Shown: positions 26,938-40,447, counted from the first letter of the stretch. The stretch is DNA of 64,000 bases from Octopus sinensis (GCF_006345805.1 NC_043007.1:64790001-64854000); one strand, 5' to 3'. The notes: generated by a model from the sequence alone, not told the origin. Numbers and translations are program-made.

Positions 26938-28169
26938 TTAGGTTATCCCATAAATAACGCGTTTTTTTAATACTTCTTTTATTTTTCAAAATTAAAATAA
27001 ACAGTGTTCTTTTTTAGTCTAAAATATACCCTCCTTCATTTTCTACAATGCTCATGCACCTATCTGGTAGACTTGCAAGGCCCCTCTTCCAAAATTTGCC
27101 CGTCCGTGGCAAAAAATACTCCTCCAGTACTGTTCTGACCTCATCTACAGAATTCATATTTTTTCCATCTAAATGATTTTGAAGACTGCGGAATAAAATA
27201 TAATTTGGTGGAGCAACGTCCGGCGAATACGATGGGTGGGGCATTGTTTCCCATTCAAACAGCTCCAACCTTTGGAATGTGAGCCTCTCTGTATGTGGCC
27301 GAGCATTATCCTGAAGGAAGAGAACATCTTGAAACCAAAGATGGCCGTTTTTCTTCTAGCGCTGACTTAAGAAGCTCAAGCTACTCGCAGTAGATCTCCT
27401 TTGTTATTGTTTGGTTTGGGTTTCAAAGTTGAAAGTGAACTAAACCTGTCATATCCTACCAAACAGATAACAACACTTTACGTGGATGAAGACCTTCTTT
27501 AGTCTGGGTTTGTGCTGTGGTTTATTCGGCACTTGACATTTTTATAGAGAACCAATTTCTCTTCACTAGTCACTATTCGATCCAAAAAAGGTTCATTCGT
27601 GAGACATGACAGCAAAGAAGAGCACACATTCACTCTCTGCGCGCGATTAGACTCGGAAAGTTTGTGAGGAACCCATTGATCCAATTTGCTGACTTTTCTG
27701 ATGGTTGAATGACCGAATCCAAGCTTCTCTGCTAGTTACTCAATAGATACGATGGGATTTTGTTCCACCAGTGTTTGCAGGAGATCCACGTCGAGCTCTA
27801 CAGATCTTGCAGGACGAGTCTCGTCTTCTAGGCTCGGAATTTCTGGAACCACCGTTGACATTGGGTGATGCTTATTGTCCGATCCCCATATACTGCATTA
27901 ATTATTCCTAGCACTTTCCGTTGCGTTGTTGCCTTTATTGAACTCATAACGCAAAATGTGTCGAACATGCTCTTTGTCACTTCCATTATAGCTTTGAAAA
28001 TATAACTGTTAAAATCGAGATGCACTCTTCTGAACTTGCACTAAGAATAAGGACAAGGTAAAATTACTAGCTACTTTTGTAGCAAGTTGATGCAGGTAAC
28101 TTATCACGTCCCTTTCCGACTTTTATTTGATGCAATTGAAAAAACCGCATTATTTATGGGATGACTCAA
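26938..28169 (-). mobile_element. Full-length but defective mariner transposon
   Basis: About 30-bp TIRs (ttagggttatcccataaataacgcgtttttt vs ttgagtcatcccataaataatgcggtttttt) with TA on both flanks. Frameshifted transposase pieces include WFQKFRA, WVPHKL, LHDNARPH and HPSYSPDVAPPNY, where the third catalytic D appears as N. Confidence 0.9.
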
Positions 28170-28289
28170 TATGTATGTATGTATGTATATGTTTGTTTGT
28201 ACACACACACACACACACATATAAAAACATTTATATGCTTATATATATGTGTATTCCTGTTTATGTGATATTATATATATGCATGCATG

Positions 28290-28321
<32 letters not shown>

Positions 28322-28369
28322 TGTATGTATCTATCTATCTGTCTATCTGTCTATCTATCTATCTATCTG

Positions 28370-28442
<73 letters not shown>

Positions 28443-28624
28443 ATAAGAGGTATCTTTTTATGACTGGTGAAAAGAGCGATAGTCATGGAGGCCATGCCTT
28501 TGATCAATAATCAATCTATTCAGAGCTGACGTAATGTTAAATAGGAACTACGCCTCCACAAATTGCAACGTCAGGTTGTTACCGCTGATCAAAAATTTGA
28601 ACTTTTGCCTTTCTAATAATAAAA

Positions 28625-28815
28625 TATATAATATTGGTTTTAAATTTTGGCACGATGCCAGTAATTTTGCGGTAACGACTACGTCGATTAAATCGGCCCC
28701 AGTGTTCAACTGGAACTTATTTTATCGACACCTAAAGGATGAAAAACAAAGTCATCCCCGGCATAATTTTAAATCAGGACGTACTTGCTAACTATTTTGC
28801 CAGCTCGTCGCCTTA
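28625..28815 (-). mobile_element. SINE family A copy
   Basis: ccccagtgttcaactggaacttattttatcgac...aaaggatgaaa...gccagctcgtcgcctta. Confidence 0.7.
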
Positions 28816-28854
28816 ATACAATATATCATATTGTAACAACTGTCCAATGTTCTA

Positions 28855-28933
<79 letters not shown>

Positions 28934-29106
28934 GCTAGCTAGCTAGCTAGCTAGCTATCTATCTATCTATCTATTTGTGTGTGTGTGTCTTTCTTTCTGT
29001 CTGTCTGTCTGTCTTTCTGTCTAGCTAGATGTCTGTCTGTATGTATATATGTATGTATGTATTTATCTATGTATGTATAAATGATTTTCAAAATGATTTT
29101 TAAAAT

Positions 29107-29319
29107 GTGACCGCGTGTGTACCGTTGGCGATTTGCTTTCCTCTGTCTTCCCTTCTCTGGATCTTTCCTTCTCCTATGTTTCCGACGAAGAGTTCCGCTC
29201 GAAACGTTAAACCCTCCTTCTGCCCTTCCTTCCTGAGCGTCCAATAATACTATATTTGTTCCATGTCCTCGCGTTGTTGTGTTTTCTCTTTGTGTTTTCA
29301 TGTTTGGATTAACTTTATA
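29107..29319 (+). mobile_element. Hammerhead-bearing repeat (Penelope-like terminal repeat type), copy 1
   Basis: GTTT-CCGACGA-A-GAGT-tcc-GCTC-GAA-ACGT-T-AAAC at 29178-29212. Homologous end to end with 54637-54843 in reverse. Confidence 0.7.
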
Positions 29320-30099
29320 AATGTATGATCACTCTTTCTTTGTTTTAGTTTATTTTTGACCAACCACTTTCCGGGTGGCAAGGTTGTAAAGAAAAGAAAA
29401 TTGTGATCGTCTCTTGGGTAAGTGTTCATCCTTTCAATTGCGAGAACGTTTTACAAATTTTGAAGGTCCCAGATATTGCTTCCATTTTTAGCCTATAACT
29501 TAACAAGATGTTTTTTCACTACAAGTTCAGTTATACTTTGGTTCAGTTATCTTTCTATTAACACACATATTTGTTTTTCATTAAAATTGGTACATGTCTA
29601 TAAGTGAACAGAAATCTTGTTTGTGTGTGTGTGCATGTGTGTGTGTGTGTGTATACTTGATCATGAGTGTGGTACGTGTGCTTGTATATCTTCTCAGTGT
29701 GTGTTGACATCACTTGTATGGTGTTTGAATGCGTTAGTATACCTGGCGTTCGAGTGCGTGTATCTCGTACGTATAGATGTGTATCTGCTGTGCATGTGAG
29801 TGTGTGTGTTTGTGTGTGAGTGAGCATTTGTGTGTGTGTGCCCATATTACGGCCAGTGGCTTGAAGTTCATTAGCAGCGTTAAATCATGGCGGTATTTTA
29901 TTGAGTTTTCTTTTACAAATAATATCAAAATGACCCTTTATTGAAATATTTACATGACAGAAAGGTTGAAATGTATTTATGAATATTTTGGAGGCAATCA
30001 TATCTTTCAGTTTCTTTTTATCGACTTTGCATGGATGCCTATAGTTAATATGTCAAATTAGGATTCCCTATTTCAGTTCCCTTCTGATAATGACAAGAA

Positions 30100-30700
30100 C
30101 CTTTTCCTTTTAAGCGTTGCCCTGTTAAGAATGCAAATTCAACCGGTAGTTATGCCAGCTCAATGGAAAACCCTAGTTCTGAGGAGATTAGATTATAGCT
30201 CACAGCTTTGGTTTCCTAACCCATTTGGTCTCATACAAGAAATTGAAGGGTTACAAAGAATGTTCACCAGTATAGTAACTTCGATTAAAAGTTCTGTGTC
30301 TCTACCCTCTTGAACGCCGTAGAGGGAAATATACCATTGTGTACGTATGGAAAGTCCTGGAGGAGCATGTTCCAAACTTCAACATTAGAAAACAATTTTA
30401 ATGCACGGACTAGTAGATACTGTTAGCTTCCAAATATACCGCTTTCGAAATCAACTAAAACATTCTCTTGTAAGCGGTCTGATATTTAGTGGTCCTAAGC
30501 TGTTCAATTTCCTACCTAAAAAAAATCAAAAACATCAAAGGAATCCGTATTGAAACGTTAAAAATAAAAAACATTGGATAAACTGCTAATGGTAACATCA
30601 GACCAGCCAACTATTCAACGATACACTCGAAGAAGATCAGCTGCCGCAAACTCAATCATAGACCAAATTCCAGTCATAAAACGGCAACAAAACTGTTAGA
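30100..30700 (+). pseudogene. CR1/L2-group LINE 3' fragment
   Basis: WKTLVLRRLDYSSQLWFP, EIEGLQRMFT, LERRRGKYTIVYVWKVLEEHVPNF and GPKLFNFLP resemble the CR1-group RT C-terminus. Confidence 0.75.
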
Positions 30701-32349
30701 AAATGAATTAAGACAGAGCTTCAGCATGGTCGCAGTCTTATGGCTGAAACCATTAGAACAATACAAGAAAGAAATCTATATATGTATTTATTTTGATATG
30801 CATAGACTATTTTCCACTTTCGGATGTCTTTTTGCCCTTTTATTTTATGCACATACACACATACCCCCCCCCACACGTGTGTGTGTGTGTGTTTACCATA
30901 GATCCTCCCAAATCTACAAACCATTATCTAAGCGTTATCCACGCCTATAATATTATCTATGAGGCCCAAAAATATAAAAAAAAATCAGAAAGAAGTATTT
31001 CAAATATACATTCCCATCATCGGCTGTGAAATGGATATCTCTATTGTTTCGACGCTGAGCAGTACCATTTTTTTAATTGTTAACAGATTAAAAAAAAACA
31101 AACGCTGCCTAGGAACCAATAGAAATCAACAGGAGTGGAACATTGGCGTAGTATGTCTATTACGCCAAGACCTGCTTATTACCACAAACAACAACATCAA
31201 ATTAAACAAATTAGTATTAACTTAAAGTTACAAATCAGTATCTATGAAACAAAAGCTTCCCGAAAATGACATTGTGATCCTAAAATTATAGTACAAACAT
31301 AGAACTACTGTACTAAACTTATTGAGGAATGCCTATTCAATCACAGACACATAACTCCATTACAAGGAACAGTGAACCTATAACTCAAAGATTATAGACT
31401 AATTAACGAACAGATATATGCTATTTCCAATATATATCATATTACACACATGAAACTATACCAAAAACAAGCCCAATATAAACTAGTGAAATATTACACT
31501 TTAACCAACCTCCTCGAATAATATCCAAAGCGAAAGATAGGCCTAGATCAATATCTATAAAATATATATTCAATGATATAAATTAAATTAACCAAATAAA
31601 TTGCTAATTAAAAGTAAAATAAGATTAGAATTAAATTTAAAATTATATATAAAATAATATTGACATGGCAAGGACTTCTTAAGTAAAACAAATTAACATA
31701 AATCAAGCATCCTACCTACAAAAAGACTGAATAATCCATTATTAATTAAATAGCACAACATGTCTATTACTTGGGAACAACTCAAACTACATTTATATTT
31801 ATTGAATAAACAAATATATATAAATGGAATTTAAACTAATATATACACCTAAAATTTATAAACATTTAAAATTATTAAAAGAAATATATCGTAACAAAAA
31901 TATTCTACGCATAAAGCAATAAAACTGCATGTGTTGCAAAGAAATTAACGAAAGCCTCACTTACATCTTAACCCATCGCTGCCAAAAGATGCAAAAGATC
32001 TATACCTATCAACAGGCGAAGCCCATATCAACTACCGAACAGAAGAGACGTTGTACACGATAATGGATGATAATCAACTGAAAAACTGCTAAACAGCGAT
32101 TTAACGTTCATCTTAAATTATAACTAACACTCCTTCAAATTTCTTGTTCAGCTGCAAATTTGAAATCATTCCATATTTTCTCTACATTTCACCATTTTTC
32201 TCAAGCAACAGTGAAAATATTTAATCAACCAATTACTACTGTAATGTATTTTTCAATATGCACCATTAACTTTTTAACCCTATCCCAAAACAGTCCAGCT
32301 TTGTTCATTATTCTACTGTATCTCATAACTTTATTGGAAACCACGCTAT

Positions 32350-32796
32350 AACTTATTCAAAGAAGAATTCGGCTATGTGTCTATGCACGGGTCCACCTGT
32401 TGTCTGTAAAACTTGCGACATTTCTGGCCCAACGGAGCTTGTATTTTTGGTATTCTACAATCACGTTGTTCACTCCACTCCGTTCTCGAATTACGTTCTC
32501 GAATTTCGGATATGCTCTCAGAATGGCATTCATAGCATGAATCTTTCCATGGCTCTTTGTATCGTAACCAATTGATGGTTTTCCCAGTTCGTAGTGGCCC
32601 ACGTTTCACTTGCGTATAAGAATACAAAAAGGACGGTGCCATCGAAAAACTGCCATGTAAGGTTTTGTACAGCTTTGCATTGATCATATCTTTTATTGGA
32701 GTAAGCGCCTTCCATCCTGCCCTTATTCTCGCGAGATTTCAGCATCCTTATCTCGTCGAATATACACCGCTCCTCTTTAGAGAGATGGCATCTCAT

Positions 32797-32800
<4 letters not shown>
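32350..32800 (-). pseudogene. RTE-clade LINE 3' fragment
   Basis: FDGTVLFVFLYASETWA...QRAMERFML and IRERSGV...KLRWARNVASFTDNRWT match RTE thumb motifs. Confidence 0.8.
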
Positions 32801-32881
<81 letters not shown>

Positions 32882-34275
32882 GATCTATCTATCTTCTATC
32901 TATTTATCTATCATCTATACATCTACTACATCTATCATATCTATCATCACATACATATCATCATACACATACTACATACATACATACATACATACATACA
33001 TACATACATACACGCACATACTAGTATCACAACTACTGCCAACGATTAAATACGATTAAAACCGAAACTACAGAGACATTTCTACTACAACTATCATGAC
33101 TCTCATCACCAATACTAACAATTTTCCTTTTTCAGAAAACGGGAGGGAGGGGCCCTTCGCAGTCACAGATATGCTCATCACAGCAGTTTTAATTTATAGA
33201 AAAGCACCCACTGGGGGTCGCGAAAAAGTTCTTTTTATACGTTTGTTCCTGTCTTTCCATGCGTCGAATTCATTGGACAGCTGATACCAGTGTATTTTAT
33301 GATTATGTCCTCATTTGCTGATAGTCTCTATAAAAATATCCGTCCAGATAAGCTGGGGACATTAGTCCCAAATACAGAGACCAAATGTCTATGAGGCCAA
33401 AACACAACCGCAGCACAACTCACAACACAACCGCAATTTCTAATGCTACGTCAAATGCCTGATTCACAGTTTACACCGACACTTTTTCCAGTCGCTACAA
33501 AATCTTCTTATCCGCAAAACCCTTTCACTTTGATCTAGTATTGAAACATCCCTTTCTGTTACATGTATTACGATTGCAAGTAATCGTATTTTCGATTGGT
33601 GAAGTGAAATTTGGTGATATATTCAAATAAATGTTAAAATTATGAAATACTTTTTAAGAACTTTTATTGTAACATTACGATAGATGCCAATATGTGCCTT
33701 ATAAATACATTTCAGCACCGTATAGACTGGGCAGAAGGCTAGAAGTCCTGCTGGTGTGGTGTGTGTGTGTGTATATGCACACACATATGATTTATATGTG
33801 GTGTGTTCTCGCGTATACATACATGTCTGTATATACTCATATACATAATATATATATAGCATATGTATAATACTTGGTTTTATACATATGTAATATACAT
33901 ATTCCAAAATGCATATAATATCTCTATATAATGCATATCGTATAATATGAAATATACATGAATTTAATTGATAATTCACAATAAAATATCATACTCACAC
34001 ATATATATACATATAATGTGCGTGGTTTTGTATGTACGCTTGAATTTGTGTGTATGCTTATGTGTTTGTGCACTAATGTCTGATCAATAAACTCACGGCT
34101 GTTATTCCACTTTCAACTCTTTGTAACCTTTACAAATGAAGAAAATATCAACAGTGAAATTTGCTATACAAATTAATCCATTCACTCATCACTGCATGAC
34201 TCATTGCAGCAGACTGTATTCCTCGATGTCATTCTCCAAAGACAGGAGGGAAAATAATAATGATGATAATGATGA

Positions 34276-34356
<81 letters not shown>

Positions 34357-34919
34357 TAATAATCTGAAGTTTCACTCTGGACTAGATACTAGTATAATGA
34401 AGGTTAACTTCCTATTCGAAATCCTTTTTGTAAATTTATTTTCCTCCACCCCATTTCTTAAGGAACATTTGTTCCGTACGGTACATAACTATACTGTCTG
34501 TGATGTTCAAAGTGTGGGAGAAATCAGTTTCAGGATATATCATATACAGTTCATCTTACATTTTATGTCATTCGATATTGATACCTACATAAGGTATAAG
34601 GCTTTGATTTGTCTGGTATATCTGTGCACTTGGGTGTGTTTGAATTGAGAAGAAAGGAAAAAAATAACGGTCACGTTTCGGCATATCTCGAATGCCGAGG
34701 AAAAGAGAGGCCCATAAAATGTCTCTAGTACATTCGTCAGCTACATGAATACTGCAATAATCTTCTCGAGTGCCGGAAGAATCAGTAGATCCAGTGGTAA
34801 TCCGGGTGGAGTGCAGGTATGTAAATGAGGAGAGGTGTTGAAAGTTCGAGAAGTGGTTCAGATATGCAAATCCAAAGAGTTGGGAGTTCATGCTGGACTG
34901 CTGAAACCTACAAGATTTT

Positions 34920-35076
34920 TTAATTCCTTCTCTGTTTATTTTCTCTTATTCCTTTCTGTTGAAGAGCGTAGGCTCGAAAGGTAACAAACTTTTTCATTTA
35001 TCCCGAGCGTCAAACTAATACACTTGTTTGTTGTTCATACACCTGTATTCGTTTTTTGTTTTTCTATAAATTTCAA

Positions 35077-35088
<12 letters not shown>
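34920..35088 (+). mobile_element. Hammerhead-like repeat related to 29107-29319
   Basis: TTT-CTGTTGA-A-GAGC-gtag-GCTC-GAAA-GGTA at 34953-34984 (core A6 changed to T). Downstream tcccgagcgtcaaactaatac parallels ttcctgagcgtccaataatac of the 29-kb copy. Confidence 0.55.
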
Positions 35089-35116
<28 letters not shown>

Positions 35117-35137
35117 ATATCTATCTATCTATCTATC

Positions 35138-35185
<48 letters not shown>

Positions 35186-35216
35186 ATTAGCTAGCTAGCT
35201 AAATAGATAGAGAGAT

Positions 35217-35247
<31 letters not shown>

Positions 35248-35655
35248 TAAGTGAGAGAGAAGAGAAAGAGACAAAATAGAAAGTGAAAGTTGAGTACACA
35301 TAGATTGACTGACTGGGCGGTAGAGCAAATAGAAGATATGGTAGATGGGTTGATATGGTGGATAGTTTAGGGGCGACACAAAAAGGTAGAGCTGTATAGA
35401 GATAATGATTTGCACACACATACAGACAACTGACAAAGACATAAACTTATTAATAAACTGAGAGAGTGAGAGAGAGAGGGGGGAGAGAGAGAGGGGGAGG
35501 GAGAGAGAGAATAATTGAACGAAGTTTTAATAAGATTAATGTAAAGATGCCATTACGAAAGAAGGAAAAGCTTTTGCAACACGATGTTGTTGCCAAGACA
35601 ACGATAATAAGCAGTAACGGCAGCAACAGCAGTAGAGGCAGATTATGCGTGAGTG

Positions 35656-35696
<41 letters not shown>

Positions 35697-35710
35697 TGTA
35701 TGCATATATT

Positions 35711-35741
<31 letters not shown>

Positions 35742-36121
35742 ATCTGCATATTTTATATATACATACAGACATACATGCTACATATATATATATATAAGAT
35801 ATATATATATAGATATTATATATATATATATATATACATTATATACATCATATATATACATATATATATATATACATACACAATATATATAAGTATACAT
35901 ATATACAAACATAAATATTACATACATTTTAGATATATATATATATATATATATAACTATATATGTACACATATATATAAAATACATATATATATATATA
36001 CACATATATATATACATACACATATATATGTATGTATATTATAAATGCATATATATATATACATACATGCATAATACATACATATGTGTATATATATTAT
36101 AATAATAAAATATATATAAAA

Positions 36122-36313
36122 TAGAGATGTTAATGTTCATTCTGATTGAACTAGTTCTTTCATGCATTAAATTCTGCATCGTCAGGTTCATGTAGTAGTG
36201 GTGACAGTCATGCTTTGTTAAGCATGACTGTCACCACTACTACCTGAACCTGAAGATTGCAGAATTTAATGCATGAAAGTACTAGTTCATCAGAATGAAC
36301 ATTTAACATTCTA
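36122..36313. mobile_element. Fold-back of two outward-facing hammerhead motifs (about 95-bp arms, 4-nt loop)
   Basis: Perfect 24-bp inner stem (36192-36215 with 36220-36243). Plus arm: TGAAC-CTGAAGA-TTGCA-gaatttaa-TGCAT-GAA-AGTACT-A-GTTCA (36245-36289). The minus arm has CTGACGA. Confidence 0.8.
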
Positions 36314-36525
36314 TTATTTTTTTTATTATATTATATTATCTTATATTATATCATTAAGATTGTAAATAAACGTAAAAATCAGACAAGGTTGGAACTCCTT
36401 TTACTGTGTTTTTACTGAGATCTCCTTTTAGTAGAAAGAATAGCTATAACTTTTTGACTGCTATTTCTAAATTCGGTGTGTGGTGAGGCAATTCGTTGCT
36501 AAACCCTTAATTACTTAGTATATAC

Positions 36526-36556
<31 letters not shown>

Positions 36557-36629
36557 ATATATATATATATTATATACGTTTAAATATTTGTTGTGCAAGA
36601 TTTTTTATGTGAAGTCGTGTGTTGAAACA

Positions 36630-37963
36630 GATATTGTTATATTTCGGAATGGTCATATTGCCAGTTTAGGCCAATAAAACACACGCACTATATATTTGGT
36701 GTTATTTTTCTCAGTGATATTTATTTTTTACATTAATCTTAATCTTATTTCGGCCAAAGTTCTTTGTCACACTCTTGTCCTGACCGCATCAGTGGTCCTT
36801 TGTTTTCTTCTCACTTACTTGTGTCTCTCCTTACTACCGTCAGCCATTTTGTATTTCTATTGTAGGTCTTCATTTGCGCATGCTTATATCTCTATGTGCG
36901 TCTATGTTTATTTAGTGTGTGTGGGGGGGATGCCTGTAATATTTTGTATCTTCTGGTTATATACATTCTTGTAATTTGTATTTTGTTTTTGTTGTTGTTG
37001 CTTTTGTTCTAAAAGCTCATCGATTCTGTACCAACACGCCGACAAGAACACGGGGGATCAATCAATAACATAGAGATTAAGATATTGTCCACACATAGAC
37101 ACGATGCAACAATTAGACAAATACAGAAGCTACACATATAATAGAAAATAAACCTAGCCTGATAGAAAACTAGAATGGAGCAATAGCGCACACCACAACA
37201 TATGACAATAGTGGATCCTGCAAACATAATAAATACACAGGTAATTAAAGAAATAGAAATGAATATCTATATATATGTATATGTGTATATATATGTATAT
37301 GTATATGTGTATATATTGTGTATATATGTATTATATTATGTATATGTATATGTATGTATATATATATATGTATATGTTATTCTTTTTTTTTTTTTCGATT
37401 AGATTTATTATTATTATTACTAATATTGTTGTTAACATACATACAAGCATATGTAATGATAATAATGGGTGAATGTAAACACATGAACAAAATTAGAACA
37501 AAACCAACAACAAAAAAAACAAAATACAAATTACAAGAATGTATTAACCAGAAGATACAAATTTACAGGCATCCCCCCCCCACAACTAAATAAACATAGA
37601 CGCACATAGAGATATAAGCATGCGCAAATGAAGACATACAATAGAAATACAAATGGCTGACGGTTTAGTAAGGAGAGACACAAGTAAGTGAGAAGAACAA
37701 AGGACCACTGATGCGGTCACAGGAGTGTGACGAAAGTACAATAGAAATACAAATGGCTGACGGTTAGTAAGGAGAGACACAAGTAAGTGAGAAGAAAACA
37801 AAGGACCACTGATGCGGTCACAGGAGTGTGACGAAAGAACTTTGGCCGAAATAAGATTAAGATTAATGTAAAAATAAATATCACTGAAGCAAAATAACAC
37901 CAAATATATAGTGCGTGTGTTTTTATTGGCTAAACTGGCAATATGACCATTCCGAAATATACA

Positions 37964-37965
<2 letters not shown>
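36630..37965. mobile_element. Large inverted repeat (arms about 36630-37012 and 37490-37965) with tandem hammerhead units
   Basis: The arms are reverse complements. The right arm has a 100-101-bp tandem duplication (37637-37736, 37737-37837). Each unit carries CCA-CTGATGC-G-GTCAC-aggagt-GTGAC-GAAA, and the second continues GAACT-T-TGG. Confidence 0.8.
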
Positions 37966-38061
<96 letters not shown>

Positions 38062-38096
38062 GTATGTAATATATATAGTTATATATATATATTATA

Positions 38097-38137
<41 letters not shown>

Positions 38138-38161
38138 ATATAATATATATATATATACATA

Positions 38162-38341
38162 CAGGGTTGGCTGAAAGTCACCTGACAGTATATTAAAAAT
38201 TCCATAAATTCTGTATTGACTCGATTCGAAAATGTGTCGCTCAAGAGGACTTCAGTTTGAACAATTTTCCTGATTTTTCATATTTAGAGGCTTATAAATT
38301 CATTCTTCGATTGAGTGTCAGGTGACTTTTGGACAAACCTG
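38162..38341. mobile_element. Tc1/mariner-type MITE (180 bp)
   Basis: TA|cagggttggctgaaagtcacctgaca ... tgtcaggtgacttttggacaaacctg|TA. Confidence 0.75.
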
Positions 38342-38602
38342 TATATGTATATATATATATATATATTAATAACAATAATAATATGACAACAAAACAATGA
38401 ATGAGACCTCGATATTATGTAAATAGAGGAATTTAATCTACAATTATAAGATGTGACAATTAGTTGGTTGTCATAATAAAACTCAAAGAAATGAACTAAA
38501 AAATATATATAAGTATGTGCATTATATGTACATTTGGAAAGTAAAATCACTTTTTCCATTATTTATTTTATTTCGCTTTTATTAATCCTACAAACGTATC
38601 AG

Positions 38603-38639
<37 letters not shown>

Positions 38640-38906
38640 TCATATTTATAGTTATATCGTTGATATTATGCAAAAGTGTCGTAAGTCCAAAACGTTACTT
38701 TTTTTTCAGAAAATGCAAAAATAGTTTCACCATTTCATAGCAAGACCGTTATACTACACTTTGATAAGTTTTGATATCTTAGGAACTGAAGCATCTGGAG
38801 ATACGATAACTTGACCAAAATTACCGACTATTGCAAGCAAAAATAAATATTTAAAAAAAACGCATTTGGGAAAATCTGGAATACGACAGTGTAATATAAT
38901 AGCAAC

Positions 38907-38945
<39 letters not shown>

Positions 38946-39499
38946 CTGGTTGAGTACATAACTCTAGCATGACTTTCCTGTATGATATATTGAATCTGTG
39001 AGTGCTTTAGAAATGTCTGTAACTTATGTTCACCATTTAACTTGATGTTCTACCTCCTCTCCTACCCCACCCTCGTATATCTCTTCTTTTCGCCACTACT
39101 TCCCGTTCTTTTTCTATCATTTTTATTTCTTCTATAATGTATTAGTCCATTAAGTCATTGACAGAATCGGTAGATCAGTTAACAAAATGTCACATCGTAG
39201 TGAGTTACGTTCCTTTTCACTACATTTTAAATGACGCCGGGAGCCGATAACTTAAATTACCAGTTGGTGTTCAGATCCCTGCATTATGTATAACAGTATA
39301 CATACAGAGCTTTCGAGTTATATTTAATGATTTGTTTTTAAATGCTGCTTTCTTTTTCAGGGACTGGTTGATGTACTGAAGAACAGTCAAATGCGTTGGA
39401 GCGTAGATAGATTAAAGTTGTAGTTGAGAAAAAGTTAGCTGACTGAAAGCTATCTAAGTGTTGGAAAAGAAATATCTTTATCTATCTGATTCGTGTCGG

Positions 39500-40010
39500 T
39501 TATGAAAATGCCGATACCTTGGCTCTGTGAACACTGTAAAGACTGTAAGACGTGTAATGCACAGCTGCAACGGATTCTATGAAGCCGTGACCCACAGAAA
39601 AGGACACAACTTGAGTCCTTACTGCGTCAGGCTTAATTCTGATGTCTGTGTGAAGCTGATGGAAATTGTCGTCATACCCTGATTGGAGAGAGTTGCTGCT
39701 GGAAGGCCACATGTGCAGTAGTAGGATTCGGCTCCATGCCCGACCTCCAGAAAGAGTCAGAAGTGGTTGTCAGAGAATTTCTACGACTTCGTCACCCTTA
39801 ATTTCTGACTTCGTAATTCCTCTCCATTGTAACCCCAAGGATTACTATGTGTGGGGAGAAGTTGAGAAAGGCATCAACCGCTTTGTCTGCAAAGTCAAGC
39901 TAGTGGCCAACACCAAGGAGGTACCAAAACATCTTCCAGGCACATAGTGAGTAACTCGTGAGCCTGGTTTCGGCGCCGTCTTGAGGCCGTGTCGAAGCTG
40001 AGAGTAGCTA
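39500..40010 (+). pseudogene. DD37D (maT-type) transposase catalytic-domain remnant
   Basis: DSAPCPTSRKSQKWLSENFYDF...CNPKDYYVWGEVEK. The second-to-third D spacing is 37 residues once a 1-nt frameshift is allowed. Contains stops. Confidence 0.75.
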
Positions 40011-40217
40011 CTGTTATCTCCTAGCTATAATCTAGGTTATATTTTGTCATTTTTTTAATACTTTCATTTTTGGATGAAATATTATCTTTTCCTCTTATGT
40101 AAAAAAGTCAAATTTAGCCGAAACACTCTGTGTAATATCCTTCTATGCGTAATATAGTACATAAAATGTGTATTATGTGTGTATGTGTGGGTGTGTGCGC
40201 GTGCACGAGTTTATGCG

Positions 40218-40390
40218 CAGCGGTGGCTGTGGGCTAAGAAGTTTCGTTTTTGTTTCCCGATCACATGTTTCGGGGTTCATTTCTATTGCGTGACATCTTG
40301 AGCAAGTGTCTTCTAGTATAGTCACTAGGGCCGACCAATGCCTTGTGAGTAGATTAGCTTGATAAAAAGTGAAAGAAGCCCATCATGTAT
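40218..40390 (+). mobile_element. tRNA-derived SINE family B
   Basis: Degenerate tRNA-like head (gtggctgtgggctaag...ggggttcatttc) then gagcaagtgtcttctagtatag...gggccgaccaatgccttgtgagt...gaaagaagccc. Confidence 0.65.
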
Positions 40391-40408
40391 ATATGTATGA
40401 GTATGTGT

Positions 40409-40447
<39 letters not shown>

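Noticed and set aside
30950-32130. A-rich tract as a decayed retroelement ORF (similarly 51660-52830)
   Set aside because: Strand-biased A-richness is suggestive, but I could not read any diagnostic motif.
34670-34745. Minus-strand CTGACGA…GGCAT-n7-ATGCC-GAAACGT
   Set aside because: About 37 unpaired nt lie between core and stem II, position 17 is G, and there is no stem I.
37637-37837. CRISPR-like or satellite array
   Set aside because: Only two near-identical tandem units with no spacers, in a eukaryotic repeat context.
39340-39430. Possible exon after tttctttttcag (GLVDVLKNSQMRWSVDRLKL)
   Set aside because: No convincing donor site, the frame stops quickly, and such acceptor-like strings are common in AT-rich DNA.
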